Assembly (NCBI GenBank): GCA_945877765.1
Contig: CAMDWQ010000011.1
Span: 2,641 to 66,640 of the forward strand
DNA from: Candidatus Omnitrophota bacterium
Lineage (GTDB): Bacteria; Omnitrophota; Gorgyraeia; 2-02-FULL-51-18
Direction of reading: 5' to 3'
DNA length: 64,000 nucleotides
Below the pieces are notes generated by a model, which was given only the letters and a program-made list of their open reading frames with translations, searched no databases and was not told the DNA's origin. Both the position numbers and the translations under genes were made by a program. This document shows, piece by piece, positions 8,344-16,419 of the stretch. Position 1 is the first letter of the stretch. Every line of letters starts with the position of its first letter.

Positions 8344-9645
8344 TTACTTAATCTTTGTTACGACCGTAGTTTCTTTTTCTTTATCCTTGTGCAGGAGCGA
8401 TCTTAGCTTCTCCAGATCAAGACCGCTCTCGTCGAAAAATTGTTGGAGATTGGCCCCGCCTTCCGCATCAAGGTTTAAACCAAAAAATTTCTGCGCATTT
8501 GCTCCGCTCATGATCCATTTAATATCGGCTTTCTGAATCGATTCCGCCATCGCGTGAAACTTCGCCATCATCACTTCTTTATGGATGTCGAGCATTTTCA
8601 CATTTAACGCCGTTTCATTAAACTGTTTGAGCGCTTCGGCCAATTTTAAAGTACCAGCGGCTTCAGCCTCTTTTTTAATTTGGATGACATTCGCTTCCGC
8701 GCGGCCTACGGCTTCAATCTCGTTGGAATGACCTTCGGCTTCTACCGTCGATTTGATACGCTGTGCCAGCGCGTGCTGTTCAATTTTTTGTTTTTCAATT
8801 TCAGCGGTACCTACCTGGATTTTTCTGGCGGCTTCGACTTTTTGAATATTGGCCTCGGCTTCTTTGAGAGCGATTTGCTGATTCTTATTCTGCTCAGAAA
8901 TGCCAATCTGCTGATCTTTCTCGATCTGACGTTTGCGGTAAATTTCCTCGGCTTCGGCCTTGGCAATTTCCGCTTCCTTATTGGTAGTTGCCACACGAAT
9001 ATCCGCGTCACGCCTGATTTCAGCGGCCACCTTGCGCTCGATATCCGCAATGATGGTACTGCCCGCTGCATCCTTAATGTCTTTTAATTCCAGATCGACC
9101 AACTGAATTCCCCATTTAGGAAATACCATTTCAACCTCTTTGGTGATCGCTTCATCCAACAGCTGGCGATTCATATAAATATCCAAAATCGTTTGCTTGG
9201 TAACCACGGTACGTCCGATACTTTCCATTATCGCTCGCAAATCCTCGGAAAGGCGCATGAAATCAAAACCCATTTCTTTTTCGCTGTCAGAAAGCACCAA
9301 GCGCTCAGCCGCTAAATTTAAATCCTTGATATTGACAAAGCAAACGATATCGCAGACAAATTTGGCCATGTTCTTATCGTTGAGCTTGATGTCGTTAACA
9401 GGGATGGCAAGATTAGACAGCGGCAACCGATTTAATTTCGTAATAAAGGGAATAAACCAGTAAGCGCTCTTGCCCTCACGAATGGAAAAAATAGATTTTG
9501 TATTCCGCAATACGCGAATATGGGCTTCATTAACAGGAACGACCCGGTACAGGCCCACCATACCGCCAAGAATGTGCCGTAGAAAAAAAACCAATGTTAG
9601 AAATACTGCCACTATCACAACCATGGTGATGAAAAATAAATTCAT
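8344..9645 (-). CDS. flotillin / SPFH (band-7) domain membrane protein
   Basis: One N-terminal TM helix (MNLFFITMVVIVAVFLTLVFF), an SPFH core, and a long Ala/Glu/Lys/Gln coiled-coil (AEIAKAEAEEIYRKRQIEKDQQ...). Start taken at the internal ATG at 9645. Confidence 0.75.
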   Translation of the reverse strand: MNLFFITMVVIVAVFLTLVFFLRHILGGMVGLYRVVPVNEAHIRVLRNTKSIFSIREGKSAYWFIPFITKLNRLPLSNLAIPVNDIKLNDKNMAKFVCDIVCFVNIKDLNLAAERLVLSDSEKEMGFDFMRLSEDLRAIMESIGRTVVTKQTILDIYMNRQLLDEAITKEVEMVFPKWGIQLVDLELKDIKDAAGSTIIADIERKVAAEIRRDADIRVATTNKEAEIAKAEAEEIYRKRQIEKDQQIGISEQNKNQQIALKEAEANIQKVEAARKIQVGTAEIEKQKIEQHALAQRIKSTVEAEGHSNEIEAVGRAEANVIQIKKEAEAAGTLKLAEALKQFNETALNVKMLDIHKEVMMAKFHAMAESIQKADIKWIMSGANAQKFFGLNLDAEGGANLQQFFDESGLDLEKLRSLLHKDKEKETTVVTKIK

Positions 9646-9752
9646 GTGTTCCTCCAAAATATTAATAGTTCTTCGCTTCTTAAGACAACTGACTCCTGAC
9701 CTTGTCTCCGCCAATTTTTTAGCGGAAACCAACCTAATTATTCTTTAAAATT

Positions 9753-10082
9753 TTATAATTTTTCCACGACAACCGCGGTGCCATAACACAACACCTCGCT
9801 GACGCCCTGCATTAATTCCGTCGCATCATAACGCACGCCGATGATCGCGTTGGCACCAAGTTCTTCGGCATGGCGCGTCATCATATCAAATGCTTCAGTC
9901 CGCGTTTTCTCACACAAGTTGGTGAACAGTGAAATATTTCCACCCAGTATTGTCTGTAGTGAGCCGCCGATAGTCCCGAAGATGGAACGTGAACGTACGA
10001 CGATGCCGCGCACAATACCCAAATTTTTACTAATCGTGTAGCCTTCCAGTGTAAAAGCTGTTGTTGTCAATTCATGCTTCAT
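9753..10082 (-). CDS. YbjQ/UPF0145 family protein
   Basis: 109-aa ORF with [13 protein letters not shown]...[13 protein letters not shown]. Confidence 0.75.
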   Translation of the reverse strand: MKHELTTTAFTLEGYTISKNLGIVRGIVVRSRSIFGTIGGSLQTILGGNISLFTNLCEKTRTEAFDMMTRHAEELGANAIIGVRYDATELMQGVSEVLCYGTAVVVEKL

Positions 10083-10131
10083 TTGTAAATTCTCCGTTTA
10101 AACCCAAATCGCGACCATCCTTCAAAAACCC

Positions 10132-10215
10132 TGGGCGAGGAGGGAGTCGAACCCTCATGGGCCGAAGCCCAACAGATTTTAAGTCTGTCGTGTATGCCAT
10201 TCCACCACTCGCCCA
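10132..10215 (-). tRNA. tRNA-Leu (TAA)
   Basis: Reverse complement GGGCGAGTGGTGGAATGGCATACACGACAGACTTAAAATCTGTTGGGCTTCGGCCCATGAGGGTTCGACTCCCTCCTCGCCCA has a long variable arm and anticodon TAA. CCA is not encoded. Confidence 0.75.
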
Positions 10216-10276
10216 GACAATCTTTCTCTCCAAGCCGAGGAATGGCGCATAAAACAACGCTCTTTACCTTTTTACT

Positions 10277-10367
10277 CCCGGCGGGTGACGCGGAGGGTGG
10301 GCGCCCATTGACCCGCAGGGCGAAGCCCGAGGACGCAATGGGCTCCCGCAGCGGCAGGCCCTGCCGC
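10277..10367. repeat. GC-rich ~90-bp hairpin repeat, copy 2 (REP-like)
   Basis: An ~80-bp core is nearly identical to the 8157-8249 copy in the same orientation. It lies between tRNA-Leu and a tRNA-Cys candidate. Confidence 0.7.
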
Positions 10368-10416
10368 ACACCTAAACACTCCAAACACCAAAGAACACAA
10401 CACCGCAAACATTCCG

Positions 10417-10487
10417 AGGCGCGAACCGGAGTCGCACCGGTCTACGAGGTTTTGCAGACCTCTGCCTAACTGCTCGGCCATCGCGCC
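10417..10487 (-). tRNA. tRNA-Cys (GCA) candidate
   Basis: Reverse complement GGCGCGATGGCCGAGCAGTTAGGCAGAGGTCTGCAAAACCTCGTAGACCGGTGCGACTCCGGTTCGCGCCT has acceptor GGCGCGA/TCGCGCC, anticodon loop CTGCAAA and a 3-bp D-stem. The T-loop TGCGACT is non-canonical. Confidence 0.45.
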
Positions 10488-10560
10488 AGAGAATTACCTA
10501 CAAAATAGACCGCGCCGAACCCATTAAGTTAACAAAAACCACCTCGCCAGTCACGCAATT

Positions 10561-10586
10561 TATTATTGGGCTAACACAGTGGGCTA
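10561..10586. repeat. tandem 13-mer gggctaacacagt x2
   Basis: gggctaacacagtgggctaacacagt, followed by gtatataaacacc. A related array gggctaacacctc x3 is at 11899-11937. Confidence 0.8.
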
Positions 10587-10763
10587 ACACAGTATATAAA
10601 CACCGGACTCAGTCCCAATCACCCAAAAGTACACAGTTAGAAAAGATTTTGTTTCTCCTGGGTGTCGCTTATGCGCTCATGGGTGACATAGAAGCGGTAA
10701 ACCGCTCTTCTCTCATCATCAGATATCCCTAGAATTGAATATACAGGCGACTCGGTGATGAGG

Positions 10764-11195
10764 TCATCCTTTTTTCCGTAGGCGATGTTCCTCCGGAGAG
10801 CCGACAAGCTTGGCTGTGAGCGGATTCCGCTCGACATAACGTCCGCATTCCAAGAGATACGCGTCGCTCTCAATGGGAAAGCTCGAATAGTTTCTCTTAA
10901 AGACCTGCTCGGACCATCGGTGGGTTTTGCAGTAATAGTACGCATACCGTCTCTGGACAAAATGAGCGAACTTGCCAAGCATCTCAAGATCCGGGGATTT
11001 TAAAACCAGATGGATGTGATTGGTCATAAGGCAGTAATGGTACGTCTGCACATCAAACCTATCTGCGTACTCTTTCACGAGAAGCAGATAAGCTCTATAG
11101 TCGTCATCCTTATGAAAGAGCTTCTTTTTGTTCACTCCTCGGGTGACAAAGTGGTAGACGCCTGATGCACTGGTCTTGCGTGGTTTTCTTGGCAT
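10764..11195 (-). CDS. REP-associated tyrosine transposase (RAYT; IS200-like Y1 transposase)
   Basis: 143-aa ORF with YHFVTRGVNKKKLF...YHYCLMTNHIHLVLK (HxH motif) and a downstream Tyr (YAYYYC), the Transposase_17/RAYT architecture. Confidence 0.75.
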   Translation of the reverse strand: MPRKPRKTSASGVYHFVTRGVNKKKLFHKDDDYRAYLLLVKEYADRFDVQTYHYCLMTNHIHLVLKSPDLEMLGKFAHFVQRRYAYYYCKTHRWSEQVFKRNYSSFPIESDAYLLECGRYVERNPLTAKLVGSPEEHRLRKKG

Positions 11196-11307
11196 GAAAG
11201 CCTCCCTTTATATAACTAGACGCCTTGGGAGGGGATTTTCGTTCAGACCTTTTTGCTATCGGCTAACTGCGCCCTTCTTGCGGGGTTTGGACTGAGTCCG
11301 GTATTAA

Positions 11308-11443
11308 CATCACTTCCTGGATCTTGAAGAAGCCTGGAAAACGATCGAAGAATGGCGTATGAGCTATAATGACTTCAGGTCGCACAGTTCGCTAGACGGT
11401 ATGACGCCTGAGGCTTTTGCAGTGCAGTGGTAGGATAAAAACA
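11308..11443 (+). pseudogene. DDE transposase (IS3/IS481 integrase-core) C-terminal fragment
   Basis: Translation HHFLDLEEAWKTIEEWRMSYNDFRSHSSLDGMTPEAFAVQW* matches the conserved C-terminal YN..RPHS.L...TP.EF tail of integrase-core transposases. The N-terminus is absent and it begins directly after a TAA. Confidence 0.6.
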
Positions 11444-11469
11444 ACAACCAAAACACCGCTAAACTGTCT

Positions 11470-11793
11470 TTAAAACTTGTACGCTCCTTGTGCATTTTCT
11501 GACGGGGTTGAACTCAAGAAGCCGATAAGGATAAAAATCAATAGGGTCACAAGAATGACAACTCCTATAACGACTGCGACAACAGAAAGGTTACTTTTTT
11601 GCGATGCTTCCATCTTGCGCTCCTGCAGGCCGAAGTAAATTCCGCTGCCTGCAAGAATGAGAGAAATAAGCCAGCAAATAAGGGAAATATAACCCCCGAT
11701 TTCCGGCAACCCTGAAAGAAAAAGACCTACAATGAAAATCAGAAACCCATAGACCTCAAATTGAAAGGAGAGAGGGGCCTTTATTTGCATCAC
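11470..11793 (-). CDS. hypothetical small membrane protein
   Basis: 107-aa ORF with three predicted TM helices; lies inside the inserted module. Confidence 0.4.
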   Translation of the reverse strand: MMQIKAPLSFQFEVYGFLIFIVGLFLSGLPEIGGYISLICWLISLILAGSGIYFGLQERKMEASQKSNLSVVAVVIGVVILVTLLIFILIGFLSSTPSENAQGAYKF

Positions 11794-11902
11794 AATCCTC
11801 CTTGGACCTTATCTGCTATTGCTTTGGCTAAATGAAATAATCGATTAATACTAGCACGGACAAGTGGTCGATGCAATTCTTAGTTGTATATAAACACCGC
11901 GG

Positions 11903-12520
11903 CTAACACCTCGGGCTAACACCTCGGGCTAACACCTCTGCCCTCTGAATCAAAAGTCGAGCTAGTTTTTTTTTAGAAATCTTTTTTAAAGGCTCTACAC
12001 AGCCGCAAACATCTACCAGAAAAGCATCTATCAGCTTATCTCCAAACGGCGTATTATTTTTCACAACCTTCTGCACTACAATAAGTCCCAACATTTTCCT
12101 ACGAAGTTTTTCATAGCCATTTTTTAATAGATTACCGGATTCCAGCGCAAATCCAATAAAAACCTGCCCCTTTTTCTTACTTTTTGATAATTCTTGTAAA
12201 ATGTCGGGGTTTTTAATCAAGCGCAGAGTCGACAATTTCTCTTTTTTTATTTTTTGTGAGGAAACCGCCACCGGCCGGGCATCGCAGACTGCCGCCGCCA
12301 TGATCAACACGTCATTTTTTGGTAAACGGCGCTTGAGCTCCCTCAAAAGATCCCGCGCTGTCTCGACTGTTTGAGGACATTCCACCCAATCCACTTGGTG
12401 ACGCCGAGCCTTGGCTGCTTCCACCAAATAACGCCCCATCGTGCCCGTTGAATAATTGGATAGGTACCGGACAGGATCGATAGGTTCCCGCGTGGGGCCC
12501 GAAACAATAAGAAACCGCAT
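11903..12520 (-). CDS. coaB: phosphopantothenate--cysteine ligase (CoaB)
   Basis: 205-aa ORF MRFLIVSGPTREPIDPVRYLSNYSTGTMG... is a CoaB/DFP CTP-binding fold. The last ~9 codons are encoded by the gggctaacacctc tandem repeat. Confidence 0.75.
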   Translation of the reverse strand: MRFLIVSGPTREPIDPVRYLSNYSTGTMGRYLVEAAKARRHQVDWVECPQTVETARDLLRELKRRLPKNDVLIMAAAVCDARPVAVSSQKIKKEKLSTLRLIKNPDILQELSKSKKKGQVFIGFALESGNLLKNGYEKLRRKMLGLIVVQKVVKNNTPFGDKLIDAFLVDVCGCVEPLKKISKKKLARLLIQRAEVLARGVSPRC

Positions 12521-13074
12521 TAATTTTTTTTGGCCAGAGCGTCGTGGACTGCTTTTCGAATCGCCGCATTGTCAGCGATATGCCCCATCCCCTGGTCACT
12601 GCACACCAAGTGGCCTTCAATGGGCGGGACAAAAATCACACCGCGTTTTTTGAGTCGCTCGATATTTTCCTGCGTCGCCGGATGCGAATACATTTTATCA
12701 TTCATCGCTGGCACAATGATGACAGGCGCCTGAGTTGCCAACACCGTGCATGTCAGCACATCCCCCGCAAAACCGTAAGAAAGTTTGGCGATGACATCCG
12801 CTGTCGCCGGCGCGATTAAAATGACATCCGATTTTTTGGCAAGCTCGATGTGAATCGGTTTTTTTCTTCCCGCCACGGAGAAAAAATTTTCAATGACATC
12901 ATTGGCCGTAAAACTTTCAAGCACCAGTGGTGTCACAAAATGATGCGCGTCTTCCGTCATCACCGCCGTCACGGAATAATTTTCCGCTCTTAGCTCGGTG
13001 ATAAGATCACATACTTTATAAGCGGAGATGGAGGCGGTGACGCCTAGCAAAATATTTTTTGGATTAGTGTTCAT
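12520..13074 (-). CDS. coaC: phosphopantothenoylcysteine decarboxylase (CoaC flavoprotein)
   Basis: 184-aa ORF ILLGVTASISAYKVCDLITEL...PAMN..M...AT..NI: a flavoprotein separate from coaB (split coaBC). Confidence 0.8.
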   Translation of the reverse strand: MNTNPKNILLGVTASISAYKVCDLITELRAENYSVTAVMTEDAHHFVTPLVLESFTANDVIENFFSVAGRKKPIHIELAKKSDVILIAPATADVIAKLSYGFAGDVLTCTVLATQAPVIIVPAMNDKMYSHPATQENIERLKKRGVIFVPPIEGHLVCSDQGMGHIADNAAIRKAVHDALAKKN

Positions 13075-13092
13075 TTAATTCCTCTTTGATTC

Positions 13093-13228
13093 AACGCCCC
13101 CTAGCCCCCTCTTTAGTAAAGAGGGGGGACCACGCTAACTATTCCCCCTCCCTCCTCATTATTTATTTAAAGAGGAGAAACCACACGCTCCCCCCTCTTT
13201 AATTCAAAGAGGGGGCTAGGGGGCGTTA
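13093..13228. repeat. ~135-bp nested palindrome (G/C homopolymer-rich cruciform element)
   Basis: The outer 22-bp inverted repeat aacgccccctagccccctcttt ... aaagagggggctagggggcgtt encloses inner arms taaagagggggga / tcccccctcttta. It abuts the gmk stop and lies upstream of coaC. Confidence 0.8.
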
Positions 13229-13816
13229 GATTTTCATTCTTTCCGCACGGATAATTCCACGCAGCGCTTCCGTAGCCACAGGAATCTGGCGATTAATAAT
13301 GCGATAGTCACAGAGCGCCAGCTCATTGAGTTCTTTTAATTCCTTCGTGGCTACTTTGTAGCGCACACTGATTTCCTTTTGAGTTTCCGTCCCGCGCTTG
13401 TAAAGCCGGCGGAGCAATTCTTCTTTAGAGGGTGGGGCTAAAAAAATAAATACAGCATCTGGTTTTGTTTTTTTGACTTTCTTGGCTCCCTGCACGTCAA
13501 TCAAAAGGAGCACATCCCGCCCCTGCCGCAAGTGGTCCTCAACTTCTTTTTTGGGCGTCCCATAAGTACGGCCAAACACATTGGCCCACTCAAGAAATCC
13601 ATTTTTTTTTATTTTTTTTAGAAATTCTTTTTTGGTGACGAAAAAATAATCTTGCCCATTTTTTTCATCGGGCCGCGGATGGCGTGTGGTATAGGAAACG
13701 GATTGCACAAGATTTTTGTCTTCTCTTAAAAGCTCGCGCGCAAGCGTCGTCTTGCCTGTACCGGACGATGCCGATATGACAAACAGCCTACCCGAACATT
13801 TCGAAGTTGTTTTCAT
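13226..13816 (-). CDS. gmk: guanylate kinase
   Basis: FVISASSGTGKTTLAREL (P-loop) and C-terminal GMP-kinase region; start taken at the internal ATG at 13816. Confidence 0.85.
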   Translation of the reverse strand: MKTTSKCSGRLFVISASSGTGKTTLARELLREDKNLVQSVSYTTRHPRPDEKNGQDYFFVTKKEFLKKIKKNGFLEWANVFGRTYGTPKKEVEDHLRQGRDVLLLIDVQGAKKVKKTKPDAVFIFLAPPSKEELLRRLYKRGTETQKEISVRYKVATKELKELNELALCDYRIINRQIPVATEALRGIIRAERMKI

Positions 13817-13838
13817 CGTGCCATATTTTTTGGTCGAA

Positions 13839-14342
13839 TCAAGACCAAATTTTTTTCTTAACGTTCTGCAGAGTTGTTTCTTTGGTGGGATAAAGATTAC
13901 TAAAAACAATTTCCTCCGGCTCAAACCAGAGTTTGATCTCACGTTCCGCGTCGGCAGGATTTCCAGAAGCGTGAATCACATTTTCATACACGCCCTTCGT
14001 CGTAATGCGCCCATAAGATCCGCGAATCGTGCTGGGATCGGCTTCTTCAGGATTGGTAGCGCCGCAAATTTTACGAATTTTTAAAATCGCGTCTTCCCCG
14101 TGATACAACAGCGCCATGACGCGCTTGGTGTGGTATTCCCCCATCAGATAACTGACGATTTCTTCAAAAAAAGGTTTTTCCTTCATGTCACGATAATGCT
14201 CTTCGGCAAGCGCGCGGCTGACTTCTTTGATTTTGCAACCGATGATGACAAGTTTTGTTTCGGATAGTTTGGTCAGGATGCCGCCAGTTAACGATTTTTG
14301 TAAACCATCTGGCTTGATAATCACGAGAGTCGGCTGATTCAT
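13839..14342 (-). CDS. ndk: nucleoside diphosphate kinase
   Basis: TLVIIKPDG...NVIHASGN NDK signature with active-site His. Confidence 0.9.
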   Translation of the reverse strand: MNQPTLVIIKPDGLQKSLTGGILTKLSETKLVIIGCKIKEVSRALAEEHYRDMKEKPFFEEIVSYLMGEYHTKRVMALLYHGEDAILKIRKICGATNPEEADPSTIRGSYGRITTKGVYENVIHASGNPADAEREIKLWFEPEEIVFSNLYPTKETTLQNVKKKIWS

Positions 14343-14419
14343 ATTATCCTAATTCTTTGCTGTGTATGAAGTTATAGGATCGATATTATGACAAAAAAAT
14401 AAAAATTCGTCAAGCGCCG

Positions 14420-15271
14420 TTAGTCTTTCTTCACCCCTAGGATTTTCAAGACACGGTCCAGATCATCTAAGGAATAATATTCAATTTCAATCTTACCGCG
14501 TTTTTTTCCATGGCGAATGCGCACTTTAGTGCCAAGCGAGCGCTCAAGACTTTCCTCGAGAGCTTTGATATCGCGATCTTTTGTTCGGATGGCGGAAATT
14601 TTGGTTTTCTGTCTTGGGTTGACCAACGATTCCACCTGGCGAACTGAAAGCCCCTGCTCCACAATCTTAAGACAAAAGCTAAGCTGTCGCGCCTCATCAC
14701 TCACAGGAATCAACGCCCTTGCATGCCCAAATGTAATCAGATTTTGTGACAAATAATCCTGCACTTTTTGTGGTAAGCTAAGCAATCTCAATAGGTTAGA
14801 TATAGAGCTCTTATCTTTGCCTACTTTCAAGGCAATGTTATCCTGTGAATAACCAAACTCCATCGCCAAGCGCTGATAGGCTTTGGCTTCCTCGATTGAA
14901 TTGAGCTCCTCGCGTTGGACATTTTCAATAATGGACAACTCCAAAAGATCCGCGTCAGAAACCCGTCTTACAATTGCCGGTATCTCATTTAATCCCAATG
15001 ACTTAACCGCTCTAAGACGGCGCTCTCCTGCGATCAATTCATACCGGTCTGTGCCCATCGCTCGCACCAAAATCGGCTGAATCACCCCTTTTTCTTTGAT
15101 GGAGTCCGCAAGCTCTTCAATTTTTTCTTCCGAAAAGTGAATGCGCGGCTGGAATTTACTGGCATAGACCTGTTCGGTCTTAAGAATCTGAACTTTTTCT
15201 TTGGCGCTTGTATCAGCTGCTACCGGAGAAATAAGAGCCTCTAAACCGCGTCCCAAAACTTTTCTATCCAT
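14420..15271 (-). CDS. parB: chromosome partitioning protein ParB/Spo0J
   Basis: VLGRGLEALIS N-terminus, ParB box GERRLRA, HTH region. Confidence 0.9.
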   Translation of the reverse strand: MDRKVLGRGLEALISPVAADTSAKEKVQILKTEQVYASKFQPRIHFSEEKIEELADSIKEKGVIQPILVRAMGTDRYELIAGERRLRAVKSLGLNEIPAIVRRVSDADLLELSIIENVQREELNSIEEAKAYQRLAMEFGYSQDNIALKVGKDKSSISNLLRLLSLPQKVQDYLSQNLITFGHARALIPVSDEARQLSFCLKIVEQGLSVRQVESLVNPRQKTKISAIRTKDRDIKALEESLERSLGTKVRIRHGKKRGKIEIEYYSLDDLDRVLKILGVKKD

Positions 15272-15286
15272 GGCTCTCTCCTATAC

Positions 15287-16072
15287 CTATCTATTTGAAT
15301 TTAATAGAGTTGCGTTTGATAAAATAAATTCTTTGGTGAGCTCTTTGTACTTTTTTGCGCCTTCGGATTCTTTGTCGTAGAGAAAAATCGGCTTCCCAAA
15401 TCCAGGGGCTTCACTCAGCTTGATGCTCCGAGGAATTACCGCGTTGTAGACTTTATCGCCAAAATGTTTTTTGACCTCATTGATTACTTCTTGAGTGAGT
15501 TTTGTACGAAAATCTGCCATCGTCATCAAGATGCCTTCAATCTGGAGGTCTTCATTGAGGTTGTTCTTGATCATGGTGATGGTCTTAATCAGCTGACTGA
15601 CCCCTTCTAGCGCGTAATACTCACACTGGATGGGGACAATTACGGAATGAGACGCTGTAAGCGCATTGATCGTCAAAAGACCAAAAGATGGCGGGCAGTC
15701 AATAAAGACAAAATCAAAGGAGGCATCCAGGCGGCTTAGTATCCTCTTAAGCCTCCCCTCTCGCCCCATCTCGCTGACCAGCTCTACCTCGGCCCCGGAA
15801 AGATCCGCATTGGATGGCACCATATATAAATTGTCAACGCAAGAAGGGAGAATAATTTCTTCGATTTTTGTGTCTTCCAGAAGCGCATGATAAATCGATT
15901 TGGCGACAGAATTCTTATCGATACCTACACCGCTGGTCGCATTTCCCTGAGGGTCTAGATCGACCAAAAGACACTTTTTCCCCTCGAGAGCCAAGCAGGA
16001 AGCCAAAGAAACGGCCGTGCTAGTCTTCCCCACGCCGCCCTTTTGATTGCAAATAGAAATAATTTTTGGCAT
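15287..16072 (-). CDS. parA: chromosome partitioning ATPase ParA/Soj
   Basis: KIISICNQKGGVGKTSTAVSLA deviant Walker A; start at the internal ATG. Confidence 0.9.
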   Translation of the reverse strand: MPKIISICNQKGGVGKTSTAVSLASCLALEGKKCLLVDLDPQGNATSGVGIDKNSVAKSIYHALLEDTKIEEIILPSCVDNLYMVPSNADLSGAEVELVSEMGREGRLKRILSRLDASFDFVFIDCPPSFGLLTINALTASHSVIVPIQCEYYALEGVSQLIKTITMIKNNLNEDLQIEGILMTMADFRTKLTQEVINEVKKHFGDKVYNAVIPRSIKLSEAPGFGKPIFLYDKESEGAKKYKELTKEFILSNATLLNSNR

Positions 16073-16120
16073 GCGTACAGTGTATTCAAAAGCTCGTTTA
16101 CTGTCAAACAATGTTTACTA

Positions 16121-16136
16121 GTTTCCACGTGGAAAC
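16121..16136. promoter_or_regulatory. parS centromere-like site 1
   Basis: GTTTCCACGTGGAAAC is a perfect 16-bp palindrome matching the parS consensus (tGTTtCACGTGAAACa class). Confidence 0.8.
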
Positions 16137-16403
16137 TACGTTTGAGGATGTGTATGTGCGAGGACCGGGCTTTTATTTTTTTGCGCGGCGGCCGAAACTA
16201 CATTTGGGCACTCGCGGGAATAGGCTTTTCTTTTTTTGCGTGCAGGTATGCGACGCTTATGCCGCTCTACAAAACCTTTTTTACTCAACCTGTTGAAGGA
16301 GTAACGAAAGTCCCAAGCCCAGTTGAAGCGGAGCGAAGGCATTCCAGTGAAATGCCGGCCGGAACGCAAAAAAAGAAAAGCCTGTTCCCGCTAACACTAT
16401 AAT

Positions 16404-16419
16404 GTTTCCACGTGGAAAC
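16404..16419. promoter_or_regulatory. parS centromere-like site 2
   Basis: An identical GTTTCCACGTGGAAAC palindrome 283 bp from site 1, overlapping the mnmG stop. Confidence 0.8.

Larger units (their letters stand above)
10585..11898. mobile_element. ~1.3-kb inserted module bounded by 13-bp direct repeats GTATATAAACACC
   Basis: The same 13-mer is at 10585-10597 and 11886-11898, and each copy abuts a gggctaacacNNN tandem array. The interior holds a REP-associated tyrosine transposase gene, an IS transposase C-terminal fragment and a small membrane ORF. An inner inverted pair ccggactcagtcc (10598) and ggactgagtccgg (11289) flanks the transposase gene. Confidence 0.5.

Noticed and set aside
10061-10481. 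ORFs overlapping the tRNA-Leu, GC-rich repeat and tRNA-Cys region (10061-10252, 10072-10257, 10079-10408, 10194-10469, 10272-10481)
   Set aside because: They are driven by tRNA and repeat sequence. The region is better explained as RNA genes plus a repeat.
10637-10987. 116-aa ORF overlapping the tyrosine transposase gene
   Set aside because: It shares sequence and strand with the tyrosine transposase frame (10764-11195), which carries the HxH/Tyr motifs.
10561-11937. Possible CRISPR array at the gggctaacac tandem repeats
   Set aside because: Only 2-3 contiguous 13-bp units with no spacers; too short and spacer-less for CRISPR. No cas genes in the window.
16136-16369. 77-aa ORF between the two parS sites (also 16043-16402 and 16066-16296 on +)
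   Set aside because: Basic low-complexity translation, no RBS, mutually overlapping frames. The region is treated as a non-coding spacer and flagged as a finding instead.
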